NCBI GenBank assembly: GCA_043809585.1
Contig: JBDROZ010000082.1
Span: forward strand, 1 to 58,313
Direction of reading: 5' to 3'
Length of the DNA: 58,313 nt
From: Candidatus Eiseniibacteriota bacterium
Lineage (GTDB): Bacteria > Orphanbacterota > Orphanbacteria > Orphanbacterales > Orphanbacteraceae
Below are positions 1-11,021 of the stretch, in pieces. Every line of letters starts with the position of its first letter. Within the stretch, counting starts at the first letter, position 1. Position numbers and translations under genes: made by a program. The notes beneath the pieces were generated by a model. It did not search any database, was not told the origin of the DNA, and saw nothing but the letters and a program-made list of their open reading frames with translations.

Positions 1-195
1 TCGACCGGGGGCCGGCTTGGCGGCGATCCCCTCCGCGCCGTGCGTGTCATGGCGTGCCCGCCATCGCCGGACCGACCGCCGATCCACACCCAGCTCACGG
101 GCCACCTCACAGGGAGCCCAACCCTCCTCCAGAAGTTCCAAAGCCCGACGCCGACGCTCTTCCAAGAACTCCGGACTGCCGTGTGGCCTCATCAT
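1..195 (-). CDS. IS630-family transposase, N-terminal HTH (partial, runs off window)
   Basis: Manual minus-strand translation MMRPHGSPEFLEERRRRALELLEEGWAPCEVARELGVDRRSVRRWRARHDTHGAEGIAAKPAPGR resembles an IS630 HTH N-terminus; GGAGGTGG RBS upstream; absent from the ORF track because it is open at the edge. Confidence 0.8.
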   Translation of the reverse strand, partial: MMRPHGSPEFLEERRRRALELLEEGWAPCEVARELGVDRRSVRRWRARHDTHGAEGIAAKPAPGR

Positions 196-242
196 CCACC
201 TCCTGCCCGGAGCATAGGACTTTATTTATGCGATTGTCAATA
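1..242 (-). mobile_element. IS630-family element, left end
   Basis: AT-rich terminus TATTGACAATCGCATAAATAAAGTCC (minus strand) begins at a TA dinucleotide (241-242), the IS630 target; transposase starts 47 bp inside. Confidence 0.65.
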
Positions 243-410
243 GTACGTGGGCCATGGCTCGCGGTCTCCTCTCCGGGTTGCCGGGATTCGGAATCGGGGG
301 GGGGGAGAACCCGGCGGCGCCGGGTCCTACGGGATGAATATAGGAAATTTCGGGGTCCGGTTCACGGGCGGAGCCGGGCGCTCCGGAATCCCACCGTCCG
401 AGGCTCCCGG

Positions 411-800
411 CTATCGGGCCTTCTTCATCAAGCTCCATTTTCCCCCGCCCCGGCACGCGATATAAAGGAAGAGGAAACAGTAGACCACGGCGAGTTCCCC
501 CTTGTTGATGGCCGGGAAGAAGGCGGATCCGAATTGGAATTTCCAGTGGAACTGGATGTAGGCCACGGCCATGGTGCCGCTCGCGAGAAAGGCCGCGTAT
601 CGCGTGCCGAGACCGAGCATGATGGCGAGACCGGCCACGAGTTCGATGAGCCCGCCGATCCAGAGCTGGGACCCGACGGCCGGCGTCGAATCCCGCAGGA
701 CGCCGAAGATCTTCTGGACGCCGTGAAAAGAAAACAGGAATCCCGACACGATGCGAAGCAGCCCGTAGGCATGGTCCGCGTGCTTTTCTAGCCCTCTCAT
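411..800 (-). CDS. DoxX family membrane protein
   Basis: LLRIVSGFLFSFHGVQK...GLIELVAG...TRYAAFLASGTMAVAY...GELAVVYCFLFL...GGGKWS; start taken at MRGLEK after a GAAGGAGG RBS. Confidence 0.9.
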   Translation of the reverse strand: MRGLEKHADHAYGLLRIVSGFLFSFHGVQKIFGVLRDSTPAVGSQLWIGGLIELVAGLAIMLGLGTRYAAFLASGTMAVAYIQFHWKFQFGSAFFPAINKGELAVVYCFLFLYIACRGGGKWSLMKKAR

Positions 801-1121
801 TCTCCCCCCTTCCTTGGTCGGTGCCGAGTTCGGCTCATCCCGGCCGCCCACGAGGCGGCCGGAGGGTGAAACGGACGTACCCTCAGACCCGGTGCGGCGT
901 CCCGATCATGGCCGGTCGGGTCTCCCGTTCCCTCCACCTCCCTCCGACGGCTCGGGGGGCCGGCAAAAGGGTCTCTTTCCCGGAATGTAGTCCCGGCCAA
1001 GCGATCCCGCACGGAGGATTCTCGGGGGACGGGGGGTAAAACGCCTTCCGTCCCCATAGTTCCCTCGGGAATCAGACCCCGGAGGAGTTCTCTACCCGAT
1101 GAGGGAAACAGGGGATCCTAA

Positions 1122-1308
1122 CCTTGATCTTTCATAAAATCTCGGCTCAAAACGCTGACGCTCGCATGATAGCACGCCATCTGCGACAGTGCTCGCATTC
1201 ACCAATGCTCACATATCGATGGATATGCTCTGCTTGGTGAATGCTGCGCGCTGCCGCATCTGACGCACTCTCACGCGTTTGCTCTCGAGATTTTATGAAA
1301 GATCAAGG
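1122..1308. mobile_element. MITE (187 bp) with perfect 23-bp TIRs and CTAA target duplication
   Basis: CCTTGATCTTTCATAAAATCTCG at 1122-1144 and its exact reverse complement at 1286-1308; CTAA on both sides (1118-1121, 1309-1312); no ORF; lower GC than flanks. Confidence 0.88.
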
Positions 1309-1379
1309 CTAACTTTCGAAACCGACTGACGAGAGGGGGAAGACCGGTCCAGCCATCGAGGGCCCCGACGACACAGGTA

Positions 1380-2519
1380 TCAATCACCCCAGGTAAAGGT
1401 CCCGTTGACCCGGAGCAACCAATCTGTTTCCAACTGGGGACCGTTCAGGGACTGGTAGAGGGGCGTGCCGAACTCGACCTCCAGACCCTTGTTCTTCAGA
1501 ACGCCCTCCGGGGAGAACAGGCTCGTTCCGAGGAAGACGTCCACCCGGCTTCCTCCCTGGAGGGATGGATCCGCCGTGGGGACCATGGCCGGATCCAATT
1601 CAGGATCTGCGCCATGGACGTTTCCCCTGTTCTGTCCCTCCACCCGAAAGGTCACGCCCACCTCGTTCCTGATCGTGCGGGTGACCCAAGTGGTCAGATC
1701 ATACCGGTTACCCAACCGGTAGTCGTTGTCGTTCACCCCGGTTCGAATCTCCGCGTGTAGATTGATCCCGCGGAGCCAGTCCTGTGTCACCTCTTGATAG
1801 GTGATGCCGGGCAGAAGGTCCCAGGTGCCGGAGCCGAGCTGCATCGGGTAGGGGAGCTTCTGGTCCGGCCCCATGGGTGTATCATCCCGTCGGTCGATGG
1901 AGCCGGTGGGCATGCCCATCGACACTCGAAGATGGAGGCTTCGCTCTTCATCAGCGTAGAGGCGATGAATACCGCCGAATATCAGGTCTCCGATTCCCTC
2001 CGACCGGGTATCGAACTCGACCCCCATCCGGTTTCTGTGATCCATGGAGATCCGCTTGTAGGGGAGCAGCCCCATCAGGGTGATCCTGTCGGAAAGACCG
2101 TACATCACCCCCGTCATGTGCGTGGTCATGACCATTCTCGTGGGGGTGACCGAGAAGTCATTCAGGACTTCCTGTGGCGACATGCTCTTGGTTCCGTCGA
2201 GAATCCCCTCCATGCCCATGGCCATGAAGTGGTACATGATCATCCACTCACCCCGGCTGTGAATGTGGCTCCCCAGAACGGTTGTCGGGCGATAGACCTC
2301 CAATTCGAGAAGATCCTCCAACGAGAGCTCGGTGAGGTCCATGTACCCCCGTCCGGGGGCAGGCTGGCCCGGTTTCAGCTTCGGGGCGGGCGCCGCCAGG
2401 CAGGCTTCGCCGGACCAAAGGAAGATCGCCGGGAGCACTGCTACAGCGATGAAACTGCGCGCCCCCCTGGACGAGCCTATTGTCTTCAATCCCCGCCCCC
2501 TGTATCTGGTGGGCCGCAA
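1380..2519 (-). CDS. Putative outer-membrane beta-barrel ('transporter' family, His/Met-rich)
   Basis: Signal-peptide-like N-terminus; HIHSRGEWM, GIGDL, PTGSI, LPYPMQLGSGTWD, PLYQSLNGPQL motifs; aromatic C-terminus; start uncertain. Confidence 0.65.
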   Translation of the reverse strand: MRPTRYRGRGLKTIGSSRGARSFIAVAVLPAIFLWSGEACLAAPAPKLKPGQPAPGRGYMDLTELSLEDLLELEVYRPTTVLGSHIHSRGEWMIMYHFMAMGMEGILDGTKSMSPQEVLNDFSVTPTRMVMTTHMTGVMYGLSDRITLMGLLPYKRISMDHRNRMGVEFDTRSEGIGDLIFGGIHRLYADEERSLHLRVSMGMPTGSIDRRDDTPMGPDQKLPYPMQLGSGTWDLLPGITYQEVTQDWLRGINLHAEIRTGVNDNDYRLGNRYDLTTWVTRTIRNEVGVTFRVEGQNRGNVHGADPELDPAMVPTADPSLQGGSRVDVFLGTSLFSPEGVLKNKGLEVEFGTPLYQSLNGPQLETDWLLRVNGTFTWGD

Positions 2520-2990
2520 GCGCGACTAGAAGCAGTGTCGGGGTTTCGGTGGACCGCCCCGATATTCATGAATATCGGTTACACGTTTCGAACCTTGAGG
2601 GCGGAGCCGGCCTGAAGATTTGCGCGCCTGGTGGACCCGAATCAGGGAGCGGGCAACGGGCCTGATGACTTCTTTGTGCTTGCCGACTACCGCACAACCC
2701 GTTTTGTTACAACCACATACGTTATAATTCGCCGGGTCGTGACTGGAGAAAGTGTGGCAAGCGGGAGGCGACGGGAGCCTTTGGCCTCAAGAGATAACCG
2801 GGATTAACCGAACATTATGCCATTCAGACCTACCTCATCCCATTCTTGGGAGGGAACGTGAGGGTCCGTGGGAAACGGTGGTGATTGGCTCTCGAGATTC
2901 AAGACTGGATCAACCATCCGAACACCGTGCGATGCCCGCGTCAGCGCGAATCGCCGCGCCGGATGAGAGGGGCAGGAGGGATACGATAAC

Positions 2991-5579
2991 ATGACCGATC
3001 GTGTAGCCCAACCGGCCGACACGGAGCGGCCTGCCTTCCGAACGCGGAGACGACTTGTCGCGGCACTGCTCGCGTTGGGTTCCACCCTGTTCTTGGCAGA
3101 GTTCGCAGTGCATCAGTTCCTGTCGCTCCTGCCGTTGCGCAACACCTGGAAGATTGCAGCCGACGGTTTCGCGCTGGCAGTCCTGGCCACGCCGATCCTG
3201 TACATGCTCGGGTTTTCCAAGTTCGGGCTGCTCGGCTTGACGGCCATGCGTCGGACCGCGGGGCCCGAAAGACGAATGTGGGTGGCCCTCACAGCCTACA
3301 TCCTCTTGGTGCTGCTGGTCGCGGGTTCGTACCTGATGCTTCACTCCGGGCAACAGGAGAGCGTACGGGTAATCAACTTGGCGAGCAGACAGCGGATGCT
3401 TACACAGCTCATCACCAGGGAGGCGATATTCGAGACCTTGGAACTGGCCCATGCAAGAGTGGCGGGGCGCGAACCTGAAAGGTTGTCGAAACTGGCGGAG
3501 CCCTCGGCCCGGTTTCGCCGGGTGCTCCACGGACTGATCGGAGGCGACTCCGAGCTCGGACGGCCCCCCCCCCCCTCAGACGAGGCAGCTAGGCAATTCA
3601 AGACGGTCGAGGATGCGTGGCACCAACTCTCGGAGCTCGTACAGCAAACCGCCGCGCCTTCAAGTATGAATGAAGCCAGCGCCTACGTCACCGCCATCTC
3701 GAACACCGCCGATCGGCTCGTGGCGGAACTCGACCAGGCGGTCCTGTTCCTGCAGAAGCACTATGAGAACCGTACGAAACAGCTCGATCTCATGCTGGGC
3801 CTCGCCATCATGGCCGCGATCGCCATCGCACTGCTGCTCGCGTTCACCATCGCCCAGGTCTTGAGTTACCGCCAACGGGCAGAAGAATTGCTCGCCGATG
3901 AGGTGCGGCTGGGCCAGTTGCGTGAGAAGGAACTCCTCCGGACCAAGGAGGCAGCAGAGGCCGCCAATAAGGCAAAGAGCGAATTCCTCGCCAACATGAG
4001 CCACGAGATTCGCACGCCCATGAACGGGGTCATGGGGATGGCGGGGCTGCTCGCGGATACCGACCTGACGCAGGAGCAACGCGATTACGTTAATACCATA
4101 CGCTTCTCGGCCGAGGCGCTTCTCACCATCATCAACGATATTCTCGATTTCTCGAAGATGGAGGCCAATGAACTCGATCTCGAGACGCTCGACTTCGACC
4201 TCCGCACCGTGGCCGAGGAACCGATGGACCTTGTAGCGGAGAGCGCTTTGTCGAAAGGCCTCGAGCTTGTTCTCTGGATCGCACCGGGAGTGCCGGAGGC
4301 GGTGTCGGGCGACCCGGGCAGGATTCGGCAAATCCTCCTCAACTACCTCGGCAATGCCGTCAAGTTCACCTCCGAAGGGGAGGTCGTGGTGCGCATCGAA
4401 ACCGTGGAGGAAACCGACGACTCCGCTCTCATCCGATTCGAGGTGCAAGACAGCGGATCCGGTATTCCTACCGAGTCCCAGGTGAAGCTCTTCCAGCCCT
4501 TCTCCCAGGTGGATGGATCCTCGACCCGAGAGCACGGCGGCACCGGCTTGGGACTGATGATTGCCCGGCGACTCGCCGAGCGAATGGGGGGAGAGGTCGG
4601 ATTGGAGAGTGAACCCGGCAAGGGAAGTACCTTCTGGTTCACGGTAAGGGTTGAAAAGAGGGAGCCGTCGCGGCAAAGCGTGCGGGTCATGCCGGTGGTA
4701 GAACTGTCAGGTGTGAGTGTCTTGGTGGTCGATGACAGTCCGACCAATCGGTGTGTGCTCGAGGAGCAACTCAGGGCATGGGGCATGATCGTCGACTCGG
4801 TCGCGGGCGGTCCGGAGGCGATTGAACGTCTCAATCCCGCCCTCGGCACCGCCTCATCCTACCGGCTTGCGCTGCTGGACCACGACATGCCCGGCATGGA
4901 TGGCCTCGAGCTGGCCCGGGAGATCAGGGCCGTCCCGGAGCTGACCGAATTGCCTCTGGTGCTCCTCACTTCGAGCCCGGGGCGAGGGGGCTGCGCGGCC
5001 GCCGAGGAAGTCGGCTTTGTGGCCTGTCTTCGAAAGCCCGTTCACCAAGGAACACTGCGCGACTGCGTTTCCGAGGCGCTTGGGCTTATTACCGCTCAGC
5101 CCCCGAAGCGCCGGGAGACTTTGACTGCCGAGCATACCTTGGCAGAGGATGCCACGCCGCCACGTCCCCGCATTCTTCTTGCAGAGGACAATCCGGTCAA
5201 TCAGAAGCTCGCTTCCCGGCTCTTGAAGAAACTGGACTACCGGGTCGATGCCGTGGCTAACGGCCGGGAGGCTGTAGAAGCCGTTAAGAACATCCCGTAC
5301 GACCTTGTGGTGATGGACTGTCAAATGCCGGAGATGAATGGCTACGTGGCGACGGGGGAGATTCGCCGACTCGAAAACGGCGAACGCCACATTCCGATCA
5401 TCGCCATGACGGCGAATGCCATGAAGGGAGACCGGGAAAAATGCCTCGAGGCCGGGATGGACGACTACTTGAGTAAGCCGGTCAGTTTTAAGGAACTTGC
5501 GGAAGTGCTCCGACGGTGGACTTCGAACACCGAATCTGAGGCAACAGCACCCTTGATAAGAAACTCCATTCGCCGCTGA
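2991..5579 (+). CDS. Hybrid sensor histidine kinase/response regulator with NarX/PilJ-like sensor domain and two REC domains
   Basis: [12 protein letters not shown] (P-box-like); [16 protein letters not shown]-box; N, G1, F, G2 boxes; two receiver domains (LLDHDMP, VMDCQMP). Confidence 0.95.
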   Translation: MTDRVAQPADTERPAFRTRRRLVAALLALGSTLFLAEFAVHQFLSLLPLRNTWKIAADGFALAVLATPILYMLGFSKFGLLGLTAMRRTAGPERRMWVALTAYILLVLLVAGSYLMLHSGQQESVRVINLASRQRMLTQLITREAIFETLELAHARVAGREPERLSKLAEPSARFRRVLHGLIGGDSELGRPPPPSDEAARQFKTVEDAWHQLSELVQQTAAPSSMNEASAYVTAISNTADRLVAELDQAVLFLQKHYENRTKQLDLMLGLAIMAAIAIALLLAFTIAQVLSYRQRAEELLADEVRLGQLREKELLRTKEAAEAANKAKSEFLANMSHEIRTPMNGVMGMAGLLADTDLTQEQRDYVNTIRFSAEALLTIINDILDFSKMEANELDLETLDFDLRTVAEEPMDLVAESALSKGLELVLWIAPGVPEAVSGDPGRIRQILLNYLGNAVKFTSEGEVVVRIETVEETDDSALIRFEVQDSGSGIPTESQVKLFQPFSQVDGSSTREHGGTGLGLMIARRLAERMGGEVGLESEPGKGSTFWFTVRVEKREPSRQSVRVMPVVELSGVSVLVVDDSPTNRCVLEEQLRAWGMIVDSVAGGPEAIERLNPALGTASSYRLALLDHDMPGMDGLELAREIRAVPELTELPLVLLTSSPGRGGCAAAEEVGFVACLRKPVHQGTLRDCVSEALGLITAQPPKRRETLTAEHTLAEDATPPRPRILLAEDNPVNQKLASRLLKKLDYRVDAVANGREAVEAVKNIPYDLVVMDCQMPEMNGYVATGEIRRLENGERHIPIIAMTANAMKGDREKCLEAGMDDYLSKPVSFKELAEVLRRWTSNTESEATAPLIRNSIRR

Positions 5580-5732
5580 GGATAGCACACCCTCCCCTCG
5601 CCCACCTGGCGGCAGTCGGCTCCACACTCGACGGGAACCGCGACCGGCCCCGGGGCTCCGGCATCGGTCGCGGAACGGGGGAACTCTCATCCTCCTGCCG
5701 GCGGAAACCCTCTCCCCAGGCAATTCCGGACG

Positions 5733-5773
5733 CATTTCCGGGGACACGCATTTCCGGGGACATTTCCGGGGAC
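5733..5773 (+). repeat. Three copies of CATTTCCGGGGAC
   Basis: Copies at 5733, 5749 and 5761; related motif ATTTCGGGGGACAC at ~22403. Confidence 0.8.
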
Positions 5774-5996
5774 GCCACACTTAATACGGTTTCGAAAAGT
5801 GACGGGAGAACAAGAAGAGGCTCGGTCCTCCTGCGTGTCCCGTCCCGGGATAGCTCTCGATCAACTCAGCATGTTACAATGGGTTCCGAGACTGAAACAG
5901 GGGAATTCCGAGTACACGATACCGAATTCGTTTCCGAAATACACGAGAGAAGAAGAGGGACGGCCCGGACCCGGCGACTATCCCCGATTCAGTGCT

Positions 5997-7379
<1,383 letters not shown>

Positions 7380-7687
7380 GTCTTCCTTGGTCCGGCATTG
7401 TACAAATCTCTACCCGCCGGACGCGTGGAAAAGAAAGGACCGCGTGGATCGCGGCAAACGAAGAAATGTAACTACATGACAAACATACACCATGGAACCG
7501 GGGGCGCAAGGAAAAAGAACGTCCGGACGCCCGCGAACCCGGAGGAACCGGAGGGGCGAGAGGCCGTTTTCGGGACGCCGCTCTCCGCAAAGCCCGCTAC
7601 CCGCCGCCAGCCCACGTCGAGCAGGTCCCGGGGCAACTCGCCGCAGAACGACGAATTCCAAGTCGGGAATCGGTACGTGTCCCCGAA

Positions 7688-9334
7688 TTACCCGCTCTCT
7701 GTCCGGCACTCGGCCAGCACGGCCTCGCGAAGGTCCGCCGCGGCCGACGACTCGGCGGCGACCACGAAGTCGGCGCCGGCCGCGCGCAGACGATTCGCGT
7801 CGGAGGCGTAGGCAGTGCGGCCGATGATGCGGAGCCCGGGCGACAGGCGGCGGGCGGTCCGGACCCCCCGGATGGCGGCGTCGGTGTCGTTGACAGAGAC
7901 CACCAAGGCCCGGGCGTGGTGGATCCCCAGTTTTTCGAGGACTTCGTCGCTCGTGACGTCGCCATAGCAGGCGGTCAGGCCATCGGCGGCAGCGCGCCGG
8001 ACGTTCTCCGGATTGAGGTCGAGAACCACGCCGGTGAATCCGCGTTTCCGGAGGGCCCGCGCGACCTCCCTGCCGCCCAGACCGTAGCCGACGATCACCA
8101 CGTGTCCCGATAGGGTCTCGGCGCCCACTGCTTCCTCCGGCGACAGGATATCGAGCCGGCGGCCTACCCACCCGAGGCGGTCGGCCCCCACGGCGATATG
8201 AGGGCCAGCGGCGAGCAGCAGGGGCGTCACCGCCATGGAGAGGATAACCGCCACCGTGAAGGGCTCCTCCACCGCGGCCGGTAAGAGCCCTTTTCCGGCC
8301 GCGGCCCGCATGAGGACGAAGGCGAACTCGCCGACCTGGGCCAAGGCCGTCCCCGTGAGCAGCGCCGTGCGCGGCGGGAGGCGAAGCGCGAGGGCGGTCA
8401 CCGTGACCAATAGCGCCTTGCCGAGCACGATCGCCGCGAATAGTCCCGCGATGGTCGTCGCGTCGGACACGATCAGCCGGGGATCGAGGAGCATGCCGAC
8501 GGAAACGAAGAAGATACTGGCCAGGACCTCGCGGAGGGGGATCAGTTCCGCCATCGCCTGGTGCCGGTACTCGCTTCCCGAAACCACCAAACCGGCGAGA
8601 AACGCTCCGAGGGCGAGGGAGATTCCGGCCGCGGATACCGCGTAGGCCGTACCGAAGCAGATGAGGAACACCGCCAGGACGAAGAGGTCCCGCTGGCGTG
8701 TGCGGGCGACGAAGTCGAGAAGGCGCGGCACCACCAGCAGGGAGAGAATCAGGACACCGCCCAGAACCGCGACGCCGGTGGCCAGGGAAAGGAACGCCGC
8801 CGCCCGTGCCCCGGCCACCCCCGCGAGCAGGGGAATCGCCAATGCCATCGGCACCACCGCCATGTCCTGGAAGATCAGGATGCCGAGGGCGAAACGGCCG
8901 TGAGGGGCGTCCAGTTCCCCCCGGGAGGCGAGCCCCCGGAGGACGACCGCTGTGCTGGACACGGCGACGAGACAGCCGAGGAAGATCGACGGCCCCACGG
9001 CGAGTCCCGAAGCCCGGGCGACGATCATGGCGGCGGTGAGCGTCAACCCGACCTGAAGGGCGCCTCCGACCAGCACGGGCTGCCAAAGGCGCCGGACCCG
9101 CTCGAGCGACAGTTCCAGGCCGATGCCGAAGAGGAGGAGCACGACGCCGATCTCGGCGAGAACCTCGACATCGTGAGAGTCGGCGATCAACCGAAACGCA
9201 TGGGGACCGACGAGCACACCGGCGAGAATGAATCCCGCGATGGCCGGCAGCTTGAGGCGCCGGAGCGCCGCCACCACAATGAGGGCCACCGCAAAGATGA
9301 CCACCAGATCCGCGAGGAATGCGAACTTGTTCAT
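7688..9334 (-). CDS. CPA2 family cation:proton antiporter with TrkA-N domain (Kef-type)
   Basis: AEIGVVLLLFGIGLE, ILIFQD, LGAFLAG, LAQVGEF; C-terminal IVGYGLGG...YGDVT Rossmann fold. Confidence 0.93.
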   Translation of the reverse strand: MNKFAFLADLVVIFAVALIVVAALRRLKLPAIAGFILAGVLVGPHAFRLIADSHDVEVLAEIGVVLLLFGIGLELSLERVRRLWQPVLVGGALQVGLTLTAAMIVARASGLAVGPSIFLGCLVAVSSTAVVLRGLASRGELDAPHGRFALGILIFQDMAVVPMALAIPLLAGVAGARAAAFLSLATGVAVLGGVLILSLLVVPRLLDFVARTRQRDLFVLAVFLICFGTAYAVSAAGISLALGAFLAGLVVSGSEYRHQAMAELIPLREVLASIFFVSVGMLLDPRLIVSDATTIAGLFAAIVLGKALLVTVTALALRLPPRTALLTGTALAQVGEFAFVLMRAAAGKGLLPAAVEEPFTVAVILSMAVTPLLLAAGPHIAVGADRLGWVGRRLDILSPEEAVGAETLSGHVVIVGYGLGGREVARALRKRGFTGVVLDLNPENVRRAAADGLTACYGDVTSDEVLEKLGIHHARALVVSVNDTDAAIRGVRTARRLSPGLRIIGRTAYASDANRLRAAGADFVVAAESSAAADLREAVLAECRTESG

Positions 9335-9443
9335 GCGCGATCCGCCAATCGAGAAGAAAGGCCCCCTTCACGAAGGAAGCTGCGTCACTCCGCCCGCGAC
9401 AGGCCTCATCAATCAAACAGGTACTGTGTTCCCGGACTTCTGC

Positions 9444-9502
9444 GGCCAACCCCGCCTCAGCGGCGGAGTGCACCGCCGTCCGCCTGCATCCGCTTGCTAT
9501 TC
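9444..9502 (-). other. attC site (degenerate; last in the array)
   Basis: Minus strand GAATAGC AAGCGGATGCAGGCGGACGGCGG...CCGCCGCTGAGGCGGG GTTGGCC, overlapping the NTF2 gene stop. Confidence 0.6.
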
Positions 9503-9898
9503 CGTCCTGATTCGCTCCAGGATCTCATGCATCCGATGCTGGTTCGCGTATAGCTGCCAGATCGCCACAAGATCCGAATCGACGACGACCCGCCACGCCG
9601 CCGGGACGATCCAGTGGTTGTCGGGCGTTAGTTCCCCGTTCTCGACGATCGTCCCGCTGGCCCGGCCCAACAGAACCACTGTATCCGCGGCCTCGAACCG
9701 TTGAAACACCTCGATCCGAAGGTCGGGCACGAGCTTGAAATGCTCCCGCCAGCCAGAACGCATCCCCTCCCGCCCTACATGCTCGGATCCATCGGCATCG
9801 ATGAACATATGTTCCGGAGTCATCAGGCCGACCAGCCGATCGACTTCGCCCGAGTTGATGGCCGCTACGAAAGAGCCAGCTACTTCCAAAGGAGTCAT
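9497..9898 (-). CDS. NTF2/SnoaL-like protein (cassette)
   Basis: FVAAINSGEVDRLVGLMTPEHMFIDADG...GREGMRSGW...WQLYAN. Confidence 0.85.
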   Translation of the reverse strand: MTPLEVAGSFVAAINSGEVDRLVGLMTPEHMFIDADGSEHVGREGMRSGWREHFKLVPDLRIEVFQRFEAADTVVLLGRASGTIVENGELTPDNHWIVPAAWRVVVDSDLVAIWQLYANQHRMHEILERIRTE

Positions 9899-9919
9899 GC
9901 GGCTTCCTTTCCACCATCG

Positions 9920-10043
9920 ACCTGACGCCCGGCACCAGCTGAGCCGCGAAGCGTGCGCGCAACGTTGGCTTCACCTGCGGGCGTGGCCGGCGCAGGCCAG
10001 AAGCGTGACAGACTCGACCGGGCCGTGCAAGCGCTTGTTATAA
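9920..10043 (-). other. attC site (composite: one full attC plus an extra right arm)
   Basis: Minus strand TTATAACAAGCGCTTGCAC...GCAGGTGAAGCCAAC GTTGCGC, then GCTTCGCGGCTCAGCTGGTGCCGGGC GTCAGGT. Confidence 0.7.
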
Positions 10044-10072
10044 AGCCCTCGTCGGCGAAGCCATTCCTCTCT

Positions 10073-10996
10073 CTATGCGCCCGAATACAGCGCCGTGCTC
10101 AGGTACTTCATCCCCGAATCCACGGCCACTGTAACCACTGTGTCGTCGGGTCCGAGACGTTCGGCGACCCGCAGCGCCACCGCCACATTTCCTCCCGTGG
10201 AAGTGCCTGCGAAGATGCCTTCCTGCCGGGCAAGGCGCCGGGCGGTCGCCATCGCTTCCTCGGTCGATATCGTCTGGATCTCGCTCGCGAGTGTTTCGGT
10301 CCACAACGGCACGATGAACCCGGCGCCGGTGCCTTCGATCTTGTGAGACCCGCTCGGTCCGCCCGACAACACGGCCGACTCCTCGGGCTCTACCGCGACG
10401 ATGTGCACCGCTTCGTCGTGGACTCGAAGACGTGTGGAGATCCCCCGCAACGACCCGGCGGTGCCGACGCTCTGGACGAAGGCGCCGACCCGCCCGCCGG
10501 TCTGCTCCCATATCTCCTCGCCCATCCGCTCGTAGCTCGACAGCTGATCCGTATTGTTCAGCTGATCCGTCCAGTAGCTGCCGGGCGCGGAAGCGAGTCT
10601 TCTCGCGGTCTCGATCATCTCGAGAGTCAGGGCCTTCGTCGTCCCGCCGGTCGGACTCTCGACAAGCGTGAGGCGTGCGCCCAGCGCCGTCATGTGGACC
10701 CGTTTTTCCTCGCTGAATGCCTCCGATGTCACGATCTGAAGAGGGATGCGCTTCGCGGCGCACACGAAGGCGAGCGACACGCCCGTGCTTCCCCCCGTGT
10801 ACTCGACCACCGAACCGCCCGGCCGCAATCGTCCATCCGCCTCGGCCGCCTCGACCATCGCGAGCGCCATCCGGTCCTTCATGCTCCCCGTCGGATTTTC
10901 GTATTCCAGCTTGACGAGAACCCTGGCACTCGACTCAGGAACCATATGCCTCAGTGGAACGAGACTCGTCCGGCCGATGGTGTCGAGCACCGTCAC
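10073..10996 (-). CDS. Cysteine synthase family PLP enzyme (cassette)
   Basis: TIGRTSLV, KLEYENPTGSMKDR (PLP lysine), HKIEGTGAGF, EGIFAGTSTG, DSGMKYLST; GTG start at 10996 with AAGGGAG RBS. Confidence 0.92.
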   Translation of the reverse strand: MTVLDTIGRTSLVPLRHMVPESSARVLVKLEYENPTGSMKDRMALAMVEAAEADGRLRPGGSVVEYTGGSTGVSLAFVCAAKRIPLQIVTSEAFSEEKRVHMTALGARLTLVESPTGGTTKALTLEMIETARRLASAPGSYWTDQLNNTDQLSSYERMGEEIWEQTGGRVGAFVQSVGTAGSLRGISTRLRVHDEAVHIVAVEPEESAVLSGGPSGSHKIEGTGAGFIVPLWTETLASEIQTISTEEAMATARRLARQEGIFAGTSTGGNVAVALRVAERLGPDDTVVTVAVDSGMKYLSTALYSGA

Positions 10997-11021
10997 CCTC
11001 TGTTCTCCCTTCCTGCGATGA

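Noticed and set aside
2700..2730. Sigma70 promoter for the kinase (TATAAT at 2723-2728)
   Set aside because: No properly spaced -35 element; cannot be supported
7380..7687. Riboswitch or thermosensor upstream of the DEAD-box helicase
   Set aside because: No recognisable conserved motif by eye
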